A DNA stretch of 64,000 nucleotides from the NCBI GenBank assembly GCA_027063065.1, contig JAMOSO010000001.1:9128-73127 (forward strand). The letters are read 5' to 3'. Of the stretch, positions 37,144 to 47,207 are shown one piece after another; within the stretch, counting starts at the first letter, position 1; every line of letters starts with the position of its first letter. A program made the position numbers and the translations under genes. The stretch is from Planctomycetota bacterium. Its GTDB lineage: Bacteria; Planctomycetota; JAMOSO01. Below the pieces are notes generated by a model. It had not been told where the DNA came from. It saw only the letters and a list, made by a program, of their open reading frames with translations, and searched no databases.

Positions 37144-38750
37144 CAAAAAAATTGCTTTCTATACATAATTTAACAATTTCATTTCCTTCGTCTAAAGGCA
37201 GGGTAGAAGTGGTGAAGGGGTTAAATTTAAATATTAATAAGGGTCAGATAGTTGGCTTGGCTGGCGAGTCAGGATCTGGCAAAAGTGTAACAGCTATGTC
37301 AATATTACGCTTAAATCCATCTCCACCAGCTAAGGTAGAAAGCGGCAGTATAAAATTTTTAGGTAGTGATTTGTTAACTATGCCCTTAGGTGATTTGCAA
37401 AAATTGCGCGGTCAGGATATTTCAGTTATTTTTCAAGAACCAATGACGGCTTTATCACCTTTGCATAGCATAGGCAGTCAATTGGTAGAAACTTTACAAT
37501 TACATCAAAATATTAATAAATCAAAAGCATTAAAAATTGCAATGCATTGGTTGCAAAAGGTAGAGATTCCAGATGTAGCAAATAAAATTAAAGCATATCC
37601 TTTTGAATTGTCGGGAGGTCAACGTCAGAGGGTTATGATTGCAATGGCTTTAATGTTAGCTCCAAAGTTAATTATTGCCGATGAACCAACCACCGCTTTA
37701 GATGTAACGATACAAAAACAGATTTTTAAATTAATGTTAGATTTAAAAAATGCAGACACAGCCATGTTATTTATCACACATGATATGGGGGTAATATGGC
37801 AAATGTGCGATAGGGTTGCGGTGATGCAAAATGGTTATGTAGTTGAAGAGGGGGCGGTAAAGCAATTACTTACGCATCCAAAGCACGCATATACACAACA
37901 GCTAATCAAATCTGTACCTCGATTAAATACAAACGATAAACATATTAGCCAATCGCCAAAAGAGGTTTTATTGCAAGTGCAAGATTTGCATACTTGGTAT
38001 CCTATCAAACAAGGTATCTTTGCCAAAACAGTTGATTATGTAAAAGCAGTAAATGGAGTAAGTTTTGATATTAGGCAGGGTGAAACTTTAGCGTTAGTAG
38101 GTGAGTCGGGCTGTGGCAAAACTACTTTAGGCAGAACTTTAATGGGTTTAGAGGTGGCTAAAGCAGGTGCCATAAATTTTGCCGAAGTTGATTTATTAAA
38201 ACACAATTTAAAACATACACGTCAAATGCGTCAATCAATGCAGATGGTTTTTCAAGATCCATATTCTGCGTTAAACCCTAAAATGAGAATTTGTGATATT
38301 ATTACAGAAGCGCTTGTGGTGCATAATATAATCACAGCAAATCAGCGATGGGTGCGAGCCACAGAGTTGCTTGATGAAGTGGGCTTATCTTCTAAAATTT
38401 TAAATCGTTATCCGCATGAATTTTCAGGAGGCCAACGTCAGCGTATATGTATTGCACGGGCGTTAGGTTTAAAGCCTAAATTAATAATTTTGGATGAATC
38501 CTTATCAGCTTTGGATGTATCTATACAAGCTAAGGTTATCGAGTTATTACAAGAACTCAAACAACGACATAGGTTATCGTATTTATTTATTTCTCATGAT
38601 TTAAGTGTAGTATCGCAAATTTCAGATCGCATAGCAGTAATGCAAAAAGGCAAAATTGTTGAAATAGGATTGCCATCACAAATTATTGCTAACCCGCAAA
38701 ATAGTTATACCCAAACATTAATATCTGCTATTCCAGTTTTAGGTAGTTAA
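37140..38750 (+). CDS. ABC transporter ATP-binding protein with duplicated ATPase domains (YejF-like)
   Basis: 536 aa. Two Walker A motifs (GESGSGKS, GESGCGKT), two LSGGQRQR signatures and two Walker B motifs. Confidence 0.9.
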   Translation: MTKKLLSIHNLTISFPSSKGRVEVVKGLNLNINKGQIVGLAGESGSGKSVTAMSILRLNPSPPAKVESGSIKFLGSDLLTMPLGDLQKLRGQDISVIFQEPMTALSPLHSIGSQLVETLQLHQNINKSKALKIAMHWLQKVEIPDVANKIKAYPFELSGGQRQRVMIAMALMLAPKLIIADEPTTALDVTIQKQIFKLMLDLKNADTAMLFITHDMGVIWQMCDRVAVMQNGYVVEEGAVKQLLTHPKHAYTQQLIKSVPRLNTNDKHISQSPKEVLLQVQDLHTWYPIKQGIFAKTVDYVKAVNGVSFDIRQGETLALVGESGCGKTTLGRTLMGLEVAKAGAINFAEVDLLKHNLKHTRQMRQSMQMVFQDPYSALNPKMRICDIITEALVVHNIITANQRWVRATELLDEVGLSSKILNRYPHEFSGGQRQRICIARALGLKPKLIILDESLSALDVSIQAKVIELLQELKQRHRLSYLFISHDLSVVSQISDRIAVMQKGKIVEIGLPSQIIANPQNSYTQTLISAIPVLGS

Positions 38751-38966
38751 ATGATTTTAAAACAATTGCGTATGTTAGGCTTAGTGGCCTGTAGTTTTGT
38801 GTTTATAATAGTAAGTGGTGCATAACTGTATGCTGTTACAATATGATTGGTAAAGCCAAAAAAATATACAAAGTGTGGAGAGATAATTGGTAACAATAAT
38901 TGTTGCAAGTCACAGACTATGCATAAAATGAAGAATAAGTAATAAAAATCTATAATCTATTATGTC

Positions 38967-39006
38967 AAAAGCTATATTTGTTATTTGCATAACAGATATA
39001 GCTTTT
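38967..39006. terminator. Long hairpin (about 18 bp) with A4/T4 flanks; candidate bidirectional terminator
   Basis: aaaagctatatttgttat (38967-38984), loop ttgc, ataacagatatagctttt (38989-39006), with one T-G pair. It lies about 215 nt after the ABC operon stop and about 180 nt before the GT2 gene. Confidence 0.5.
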
Positions 39007-39184
39007 ATTATGTACGGATAATATGTATTGGGTTTAATGGGTGATAATAGATTTAAGTATATTTGCCTGTATTATTGTTTATTATATATTATTCAGCTAT
39101 TTAATTTGTTTTGATTAGATAGTTTTAGATCATATTTTCAAAAATGATGGATTAAGTAATGCTTAATAGTGGCAAGGAATAGCA

Positions 39185-40021
39185 ATGAAAATCTCAATAA
39201 TTTGTCCTGTGCTTAATGGGGAAAAATATATTCAACAAATGTTTGATGGATTTCAAAATCAAGATAGATTTGCATATGAGCTAATTATAATGGATGGCGG
39301 TTCTACTGATAATACAGTAAATATTATAAAGCAAAATTTACATTTAGTTGATATCTGGCAGTCTCAAAAGGATGGAGGTCAAGCTATAGCTTTAAATAAT
39401 GGCTTTCAATTAGCTACTGGTGATATATATACTTGGTTAAATGCAGACGAATCTTATGTGCCAAATATTTTATCAGATATTATTAGTATATTTGAGGAAC
39501 AAGATTTGGATTTTGTTTATGGGGATAGATTAGTTATAGATGAAAACACAAAAACAGAATATATACGCAAGTGGCCACCTTTGCATCCGTTTGCTCAAAT
39601 AGTATATAGAGGTATACCTATGCCATCAGAGGCGTCTTTTTGGTGTAAAGAATTACATTTTAAAACAGGGCAATTAAATATTATAGATTATAATCATTTA
39701 TGTATGGATGATGATTGGTTTTTGAGAATGGCTGGATTTATTAAAAAATGGAAAAAAATAAACCATCCAATTGCTAAATTTGTAGAGCATAACGATAGAA
39801 AAACATTAGTGGCAGAGACAAGTGAGGATTTTACAAAAATGGTTTCTCAATTGCGAAGACGTGGCATAGAAGAATATAACATATCAAAGTTGCAGTGGTT
39901 TTTAGGAGCATTTATTGCGGCTTGTAAATCACGCTATTATGAAAGGCGTTTAGACCTTCCTAATTTAGATGTTTTCTGGCGTTTTTATCAAACTTGTTTT
40001 AATGTCAAACACAAAGCCTAA
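39185..40021 (+). CDS. Glycosyltransferase family 2
   Basis: 278 aa. ISIICPVLNGEKYI, IIMDGGSTD, WLNADE (DxD-type) motifs. Confidence 0.8.
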   Translation: MKISIICPVLNGEKYIQQMFDGFQNQDRFAYELIIMDGGSTDNTVNIIKQNLHLVDIWQSQKDGGQAIALNNGFQLATGDIYTWLNADESYVPNILSDIISIFEEQDLDFVYGDRLVIDENTKTEYIRKWPPLHPFAQIVYRGIPMPSEASFWCKELHFKTGQLNIIDYNHLCMDDDWFLRMAGFIKKWKKINHPIAKFVEHNDRKTLVAETSEDFTKMVSQLRRRGIEEYNISKLQWFLGAFIAACKSRYYERRLDLPNLDVFWRFYQTCFNVKHKA

Positions 40022-41147
40022 AAAATTAACGGTTGTCATTCCTACAATGAATATGGGTGGATGTGAAAAAAATCTATCACTTTTGTTGCCAGAATTATCT
40101 CATAAATTTGATTGCACTTTGATTTGTCACGAACATAAGCAGTCTTATTCAATCCCCAAAAATATTAAATATGTTTGTTTGAATATAGTTAGAAAAAATT
40201 ATTTTTTAAATAATATTATTAGAAATATATGCTTAATAAAGCAATTACGCAACTGTATTAAATTAAGCGATCCATCTGTGATTTTATCTTTTTTGGATTT
40301 AAATAATGTGCTTGTGTTTGTGGCTACTCGGTTTTTGTCCGTTCCATTAATTTGCGCTGAACATACAATTAATCATAACTTTTTTTTCAAAAATAAAAAT
40401 TTAATTGGTAAAGCGTGGTTATTAAAAAGTTTGTTACATTTTACATATAATAAAGTTGACGCTTTAATTGTTATTTCTCAAACAATGGCAAAGTATCTGA
40501 AAACAGATTTAAATATAATAACAAAGACTAAAATTATTTATAATGGTTTTGATTTGCCAGATATTGCCGATGTAAAAAGACCATTAGAATATAAAGGTAT
40601 AAAGGGTAAAATTTTGGTTTCTGTCGGCAGGCTTGATGATAATAAAAATCAAATCTATCAACTGAAGTTAATGCAAATATTAAATAAACAAATTTCAGAT
40701 ATACATTTATTTATTTTAGGTGATGGTGAAAATTTTGCTTTATTAAGTAAAAAAATTGTTGAATTAAATTTAGTTGATAATGTTCATTTGTTGGGATGGC
40801 AAGTAAATATATATCCTTATATTAAATATGCAGATGCGCTGGTGCACACTTCTTTTTTTGAGTCATTTGGAAATGTAATAGTAGAAGCTTTGGCTTTTGA
40901 AACGCCAGTGGTTTGTTCTTTTGTGGATGATGTGCAGATGGAAATTACCAATTCTAAACTGTTGTGCTTAATCAAAAATATAAATACTGATAATATGGTA
41001 AGTGAAATTAAATTGGCTTTAAGTATTAAAGAAAATCAAAATAACATAGTTGAATTAAAAAAAGTTGCAAATGAAGTACGTCAAAAGTTTTCAAGTAAAG
41101 TTATGATTAAGTCTTACTGTTCCGTAGTTAATAGTGATCAAATATAA
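40002..41147 (+). CDS. Glycosyltransferase family 4 (GT-B)
   Basis: ORF 39969-41147; preferred start ATG 40002 (MSNTKPKKLTVVIPTMNMGGCEKN). C-terminal FESFGNVIVEALAFETPVV (E-x7-E). Confidence 0.8.
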   Translation: MSNTKPKKLTVVIPTMNMGGCEKNLSLLLPELSHKFDCTLICHEHKQSYSIPKNIKYVCLNIVRKNYFLNNIIRNICLIKQLRNCIKLSDPSVILSFLDLNNVLVFVATRFLSVPLICAEHTINHNFFFKNKNLIGKAWLLKSLLHFTYNKVDALIVISQTMAKYLKTDLNIITKTKIIYNGFDLPDIADVKRPLEYKGIKGKILVSVGRLDDNKNQIYQLKLMQILNKQISDIHLFILGDGENFALLSKKIVELNLVDNVHLLGWQVNIYPYIKYADALVHTSFFESFGNVIVEALAFETPVVCSFVDDVQMEITNSKLLCLIKNINTDNMVSEIKLALSIKENQNNIVELKKVANEVRQKFSSKVMIKSYCSVVNSDQI

Positions 41148-41154
41148 CATATAT

Positions 41155-41847
41155 TTATGTTAAAATAAAACTATATTCTTCTTTAGAAGGGGAAATATAA
41201 AATAATTTATAACCCATTGCTTTTATTGCTTTGATAGCTTTTTTGGTTTTTTTCACACCAATATTTGGGAATCTATGATGAAATTCTATTAGTAATTGTT
41301 TTGGGCGGATATTTGTTGATTTTATATCATCTATTACAGAATATTCAGCGCCCTCTATATCCATTTTAAGAATATCAATATGTTGATGATTAAGCGTCTG
41401 TAAAATGGTTTTTAATGTTTTTACTGGAACTTGAATAGCTTGTTCTTTAGTATCTTCTTTGTTTAGCATAGTATGAGATATATAATTTGGATTACTTGGC
41501 GGGTAAAAAACTGCTGCGCCGTTGAAGTCAGCAATTCCATAATTATGCATAATAAATTGTTTAGGTAATGTTTGTTCATAGATCCATTGAATTGATTTTG
41601 GCGTAGGATCAAAGGCGTATATTGTCAAACTGAATTTATGAATTAAAGTTAGGTCAAAAGAAATATCTGTTCCTATGCCAAAAGAATAAACAATCGATTT
41701 TTTGTGTAGATATGTTTCTATAATCTCCCATCCTCCATATTCAGAACCAAACCTGTTATGTGTACATTGATAGTTAGGTTTGATAAATAAATGTTGCCCC
41801 GTAAGTATATCGGCCAGTTTTTTGAATTGTCTATAAATAATGTGCAT
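41155..41847 (-). CDS. FkbM-family methyltransferase
   Basis: 230 aa. FGIGTDISFD and ILKMDIEGAEYSVI motifs. Confidence 0.8.
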   Translation of the reverse strand: MHIIYRQFKKLADILTGQHLFIKPNYQCTHNRFGSEYGGWEIIETYLHKKSIVYSFGIGTDISFDLTLIHKFSLTIYAFDPTPKSIQWIYEQTLPKQFIMHNYGIADFNGAAVFYPPSNPNYISHTMLNKEDTKEQAIQVPVKTLKTILQTLNHQHIDILKMDIEGAEYSVIDDIKSTNIRPKQLLIEFHHRFPNIGVKKTKKAIKAIKAMGYKLFYISPSKEEYSFILT

Positions 41848-41863
41848 GGTTAATTTCTCAAGA

Positions 41864-43120
41864 TTAATTGATAGTGGTTGGTTTATGTAATATTGTTTTA
41901 TACAGTTCTATGTATTCTCTAGCTACGATATGACTATCAAAATGTTTTTTGATTTGCTGTCTGGCACATAAGCATAATGCATTATAATTTGTATTGTTTA
42001 AGATCCATTTAATACCATATGCGAGATCGTCGGAGTCAAATGCTTTAGCTAAATATCCATTTTGTTTATGTATGATTAGATCACTATTGCCACCAATATT
42101 AAAAGCTACAACAGGTGTTGCGCATGCAAGGCTTTCCATAATGGTGTTAGATAGATTTTCTTGTAAAGATGGTACAATCATGACGTCTACAGCATTGTAT
42201 AAAATCATCAGAGACTTATCGTCATATATATTGCCAAGATAATTTATTTTGCAATCTGTTTTTTGTGTAGGCGATATCGGTTTACTGGCTCCAAATACGA
42301 TAAATTCAGCATTGGAATCTGAGATCTTTTCTAGAGCACGGTTTAGTTTGTTAAATCCTTTTCTTGGATCGCTTGTTGCATTTACAGCGCCAAATAAGAT
42401 TAATTTTTTATTAGTAGGTAAGCTCCATATTTGTCTGGCTACATTTTTATTAATCCTTTTAAATGTTTTAGTATTAATGGGATTAGGTAAATTGAGATGA
42501 GTCTTGTCTTTTAATAAAGAGCTTTTACTTATGCAATTATCTAACCACTTGCTTAAACCTATAAGTGTTATATGGTTAATTAAATTAAAATATTTTTTCT
42601 TTTTTAAGAAATTAATATAACTTAGGTCTTTTCTTTTATTACTTTGGAGAATAGGACATGTATGGCATGTTTTTAAATATAGATTACACATATTTGTATA
42701 ATGGCACCCGCCTGTGAAGGCCCACATATCGTGTAATGACCAGACTATTGGCACATTAATTTTATGCAGATCGGTAATGGATAGCATAGATTGATTAAAC
42801 CAATGTAGATGCACTATATCTGCGGCACTTTTGTTAATTTTTTTAATTACATATATATTTGATAACCACTCAGAGCTGAATAATGTATATGTTTTTTTAT
42901 AGCGACTGAGTAAAAATTGTTCTATACGAATCAAAAGAAAACTAATTATTTTATTAAAAGGTGTATTATAGATAGATTCAATGGTTTTGTCATTTTCAGA
43001 TTTATACTTTACCAACATCTGGCTATTAATGTTAGAGTCTAATAAAGCTTTATGTAAACGTAATGCTGCACGTGCAGCACCGCCGTAATTATCATGAGTA
43101 TTAACGATTAAAATTTTCAT
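41864..43120 (-). CDS. Glycosyltransferase family 4 (GT-B)
   Basis: 418 aa. MKILIVNTHDNYGGAARAA N-terminus and ENLSNTIMESLACATPVVAF (E-x7-E). Confidence 0.8.
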   Translation of the reverse strand: MKILIVNTHDNYGGAARAALRLHKALLDSNINSQMLVKYKSENDKTIESIYNTPFNKIISFLLIRIEQFLLSRYKKTYTLFSSEWLSNIYVIKKINKSAADIVHLHWFNQSMLSITDLHKINVPIVWSLHDMWAFTGGCHYTNMCNLYLKTCHTCPILQSNKRKDLSYINFLKKKKYFNLINHITLIGLSKWLDNCISKSSLLKDKTHLNLPNPINTKTFKRINKNVARQIWSLPTNKKLILFGAVNATSDPRKGFNKLNRALEKISDSNAEFIVFGASKPISPTQKTDCKINYLGNIYDDKSLMILYNAVDVMIVPSLQENLSNTIMESLACATPVVAFNIGGNSDLIIHKQNGYLAKAFDSDDLAYGIKWILNNTNYNALCLCARQQIKKHFDSHIVAREYIELYKTILHKPTTIN

Positions 43121-44064
43121 TTTATTATATTTTTTTTATACACTATTCTACTAATTTTATTGATGATTCTAGGAAGTATATTTGTCATGCGCTTTTGTTG
43201 GTTAAGATGCCATTTTTTTATTATATTGACTATTTGAGTGTCTTCTACCATTAGATCAATAAATTTTGGATTTGGGTTGTTATTTAGAATTAAATTATCC
43301 GTATAATTACTGTCTTGGCAATGAGTTCCACTACCATCATGTCCGATATTACTAAGGTAGCTAATGGTAGGATTTAGGCATAAACCATTTTGTTTAAATA
43401 TAGTGGCGTACCAAAATATAGCCCAAGTATTAAGTATATGGTTTCGATTATCTAATACTTGATTCCAATGATTAGAGATTCCATCTAAATTAAATTTATG
43501 AATATCTTTTTTTGAAAAGTTATTTATTAACTTATCAGGTATTTTTTCAAAGTAACGCCATCTATCACGCCATGTTGCCCATCCACAGCAATTCATCATT
43601 CTCCATAAAAACACATCTTGATTATAATTTTTTTGTATTAAATTCGTAGGGTACACCCATGCACTTATATGCCATATTTGTTTTTTATCTATATAAAAAT
43701 CTAATGCTTTATTCATAAAGTCTAAAAAATAAGGGCTGGTTACTAAATCGTCCTCTAAAACTATCGCGTTACCATATTTGTTTATTATATCTGTGACACC
43801 ATTTATGATATTATTTGCTAACCCCCAATTTTTATTTCGTTCAATTATGGTAATGGTTTTAAATCCATTTATGGTTTTAAGATAATTTCTTACAAGATTA
43901 ACATTTGTGCGAGACTTATCATTTTTAGCCCCATCACTATAAATAAAAACCTCACTATTTTCGGCTAGATGATTTTTTTGCAAGGCTTGTATTGTTTGTT
44001 GTATGTGTTTAGGTCGGTTATATGTAAATATAATTACAGGAGCTAGTTTGTTAATATTTATCAT
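43117..44064 (-). CDS. GT-A fold glycosyltransferase (GT2/GNT-I-like, EDD motif)
   Basis: 315 aa. APVIIFTYNRPKHIQQTIQAL and NAIVLEDDLVTSPYF motifs. Confidence 0.65.
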   Translation of the reverse strand: MININKLAPVIIFTYNRPKHIQQTIQALQKNHLAENSEVFIYSDGAKNDKSRTNVNLVRNYLKTINGFKTITIIERNKNWGLANNIINGVTDIINKYGNAIVLEDDLVTSPYFLDFMNKALDFYIDKKQIWHISAWVYPTNLIQKNYNQDVFLWRMMNCCGWATWRDRWRYFEKIPDKLINNFSKKDIHKFNLDGISNHWNQVLDNRNHILNTWAIFWYATIFKQNGLCLNPTISYLSNIGHDGSGTHCQDSNYTDNLILNNNPNPKFIDLMVEDTQIVNIIKKWHLNQQKRMTNILPRIINKISRIVYKKNIIK

Positions 44065-44794
44065 ATATTATACCTTTTATTAAATGTAATAAAGTTCTGG
44101 TCATATATTTAAGTCTATTTTTAAAGTTGAATATTTGACAATGGTTATTTAAATCGTCAGCATAAATTCTGTAAATAGTATTTGCATTATATAAATTATA
44201 AATATTACCTATTGTAACATCATATTTATAATATTTATTTACCATTGTTTTTATGTAATGATTATGATTGCCATAAGGATATGTGAAAATATCGCATTTA
44301 ATTTTTAATTTGTTTTCTATGATTTTTTGCGATTCTCTTAATTCAAATTTTATGTTGTTATTATTGAGTGTTATTAAATTTGTATGATTCACACTATGAG
44401 AGGCTATTTTAACGTATTTACTATCACTCATTTCTTTTAATTCTGTCCATGTACAAAAAGGGGTGAATTGCAGAGCATGTTTATTATACATTATGTCATC
44501 ATGTGTGATGCTTAATCTTTTTTGATATTTTACTTCTGTTTGATCAACTATGTATTTTGTAGGTACGGATAAGATAGCTTTTAAATTATATTTTTTTAAT
44601 AATGGAAATACATAATAATAGAAATCAAAAAAGGCATCATCAAAAACAAGCATAATGCAGTTATTATATTTTGTTTCATTACAAAACACGGGTTGAAAAT
44701 TTTGTGCAATATATTCAAAATGCTTTTCTATTAATTCTAAATTATTAGAATATTTTTTATTATTTATGTGATGGTACATTAAAGCTAAAAACAT
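44051..44794 (-). CDS. Polysaccharide deacetylase (NodB-homology) family protein
   Basis: 247 aa. LVFDDAFFDFY (motif 1-like) and ASHSVNHTNL (His-His motif). Confidence 0.7.
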   Translation of the reverse strand: MFLALMYHHINNKKYSNNLELIEKHFEYIAQNFQPVFCNETKYNNCIMLVFDDAFFDFYYYVFPLLKKYNLKAILSVPTKYIVDQTEVKYQKRLSITHDDIMYNKHALQFTPFCTWTELKEMSDSKYVKIASHSVNHTNLITLNNNNIKFELRESQKIIENKLKIKCDIFTYPYGNHNHYIKTMVNKYYKYDVTIGNIYNLYNANTIYRIYADDLNNHCQIFNFKNRLKYMTRTLLHLIKGIIYDKY

Positions 44795-44802
44795 AGTGTA
44801 CT

Positions 44803-45555
44803 TTATATATGCTCAATAACAAAAATATCAAGACTTATTTGTTTTAAAAAAGATTTTTTACTCTTTTCTTTAAAAGGATATTTACATTTTAAAAAATAAT
44901 TTTTAATATCTAAATAGTTAGATGCCCATGTAGCATCTGCATCTCCGCCTATACTGATTTTTGGTTTTAAAGGTGTGAATTTCCAAATGGTTGTATTATT
45001 GAATAATAATTTTAAGAAGGTCAGAATAGAGCTTATTAAAAATCTATACATTAAGGTGCAATAGTTGCCCGTATTAAATGGTGTTAAGTGTAAGTGGTTA
45101 TTTTTTAATTTAGATTTGATATAGTAGATATAAGTTCTCGGATTTAAATAATTAGGTGTTCGAATATATAGGATGCCATTTTGGTTTGTTAAGTTCCACA
45201 ATATATTTAGAAAGTCATGTACATGGTTAACGTGTTCTAGTACATGATTTGATATTACTAAATCAAATTTTTTGTCAGTTAAATTTATGTCATCTATTAT
45301 AAAAATATTTTTAATCCCCGCTTTTTGTCCTGCCTTAACACTATTGCTATCAATATCTATACCCATTACATTGGGATATCCATTTTTATTAAGAACAGAG
45401 ACTAAATTGCCTGTGCCACAACCATAGTCTAATATAGAAATATTTTTGTTTTTTATTTGATTGTTCAGAAACGTAATGATGGGTTCAAAATATTTAATAT
45501 CATGGTTAAGTAATTGCTTAATATAGGCATCGTTAGAATATTTATATTCACTCAT
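44803..45555 (-). CDS. Class I SAM-dependent methyltransferase
   Basis: 250 aa. ILDYGCGTGNL (motif I), MGIDID, DLVISNHVLEHV. Confidence 0.8.
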   Translation of the reverse strand: MSEYKYSNDAYIKQLLNHDIKYFEPIITFLNNQIKNKNISILDYGCGTGNLVSVLNKNGYPNVMGIDIDSNSVKAGQKAGIKNIFIIDDINLTDKKFDLVISNHVLEHVNHVHDFLNILWNLTNQNGILYIRTPNYLNPRTYIYYIKSKLKNNHLHLTPFNTGNYCTLMYRFLISSILTFLKLLFNNTTIWKFTPLKPKISIGGDADATWASNYLDIKNYFLKCKYPFKEKSKKSFLKQISLDIFVIEHI

Positions 45556-46873
45556 TATTTTTACACTTTATAAAAAGAGTATATAAAAACAAGCATTGTG
45601 TTAAGTCAAAAAAACTTTTTCTAGTTGGTTTCCATAAAGATAAACTTAAGTATGCGGCTACAAAATATGCAATTAACGTTGCCCATGCTGCTCCTGTAAT
45701 ACCCATCTTTTGAATTAAGATATAATTTAAAATGATATTGAGAAGCATACCTATTGAAGTATTAATTGTGGTAAATTGTTGTAAATTTTCGTTTAATAAT
45801 CGCTTGCTATTTATTACTCCAATAAATACAAATATCGTTGCCCATGTATGTATTTTTAAAACACTAGTAGCTTGATTAAATTTATTGTCATAAAGAAAGC
45901 TGATTAAAGTGTCGCCAAAAACAGTCATAATAAGTGAAATGAAAATAGCTATATATATCATTAAGTTATAAAGGTACTGCAGTCTTTCACGGTATAGTTT
46001 ATTATTTATTTTTTGAGAGTTTATAATGGCTGGAAATAGCGAGGAGCCTATTATCATGGGAATAAAATACCAGCATTCGCTTAATCTAACAGCAACAGCA
46101 TAATTGCCGACAGCATTATTGCCTAATAATTCTTTTATCATAATTTGATCTATTTTCATATATATTGAAATGACTACTCCACTTATGATTAAGGGCCAAC
46201 TATCTTTTAATAAATTTAACGCTAAGCATGTCTTAAAGCGCCATTTTATGATAGATTGTTTATGTGTTAAATATAAAGATATAAAACCTATGGATAATAA
46301 AAAATTTTCAAAGACAATAATCCAAGCAAAGCATGTAAGAGTCGCGTGGTTCAGTATAAAATATATTTTTAATATAGCAGATATACAAGCCGTGCATATA
46401 TTTAATAATGCAATATTTTTGCTTTTTACTATAGCTTGAAAATATAAATCTATGACATTAAAACTTTGAAAAATAATAGAACTTGCAATAATAAATATTA
46501 ATTGATTGGTATATAAATTATTTGAAGTAAAATGTATGCCTATTAATAAAAATAAAAATGTTATTACAAATCCATAGATTTTTAAAATAAAAATAGTCCC
46601 TAAAATCTGATCTTTGTTAAGAGGATTTTTAACTATTTCTCTTACAGCAATTCCATCTAATCCTAATGTCGCAATAGTGCTAAAAAGCCCTATAAAGCTT
46701 AAGGCATAAGAAAAAAGTCCAAATTTATTTGGACCTAAATATCTAGCAACCCAGACTCCGATAAATAAACTTAATATCATCTTGAAGATTCTTTCGACAA
46801 ATAACCAAGACGTATTATGAAAATATTGAAGAAATCCTTTTGTAAATATCGTCTTATTTATAGAGTGTAACAT
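45548..46873 (-). CDS. wzx: Wzx-type oligosaccharide flippase (MOP superfamily polysaccharide biosynthesis protein)
   Basis: 441 aa, about 12 TM, with an N-terminus typical of PST-family flippases (ERIFKMILSLFIGVWVARYLGPNKFG). Confidence 0.8.
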   Translation of the reverse strand: MLHSINKTIFTKGFLQYFHNTSWLFVERIFKMILSLFIGVWVARYLGPNKFGLFSYALSFIGLFSTIATLGLDGIAVREIVKNPLNKDQILGTIFILKIYGFVITFLFLLIGIHFTSNNLYTNQLIFIIASSIIFQSFNVIDLYFQAIVKSKNIALLNICTACISAILKIYFILNHATLTCFAWIIVFENFLLSIGFISLYLTHKQSIIKWRFKTCLALNLLKDSWPLIISGVVISIYMKIDQIMIKELLGNNAVGNYAVAVRLSECWYFIPMIIGSSLFPAIINSQKINNKLYRERLQYLYNLMIYIAIFISLIMTVFGDTLISFLYDNKFNQATSVLKIHTWATIFVFIGVINSKRLLNENLQQFTTINTSIGMLLNIILNYILIQKMGITGAAWATLIAYFVAAYLSLSLWKPTRKSFFDLTQCLFLYTLFIKCKNNE

Positions 46874-47207
46874 ATTAATGTTAGATTAAATTTACTACTG
46901 TTGTTTTATGACGCTTAGACATACATAAAAAATAAGGATACTTTGTTTGTTTAAGTTTTATGTTAAATGGTGTCATATAATTTTTTCTTATATTTTAGTT
47001 TATTCACTAGTTTTTTTAATATGGTATGAGCTTCTTTTACATAACACTTTATTTTTGTTGTCGCCATACAGTTGTTAAATAAGTGTATTATTTTAACGTG
47101 TTTGAAATGTTTTAATTGATAATAAGTATGCGATTGAACAGTTGTAGTAGTAGACGATTTGTAACTTTGCATAAGCAAACTATAAAAATTAAATAATAAA
47201 AGTAAAG

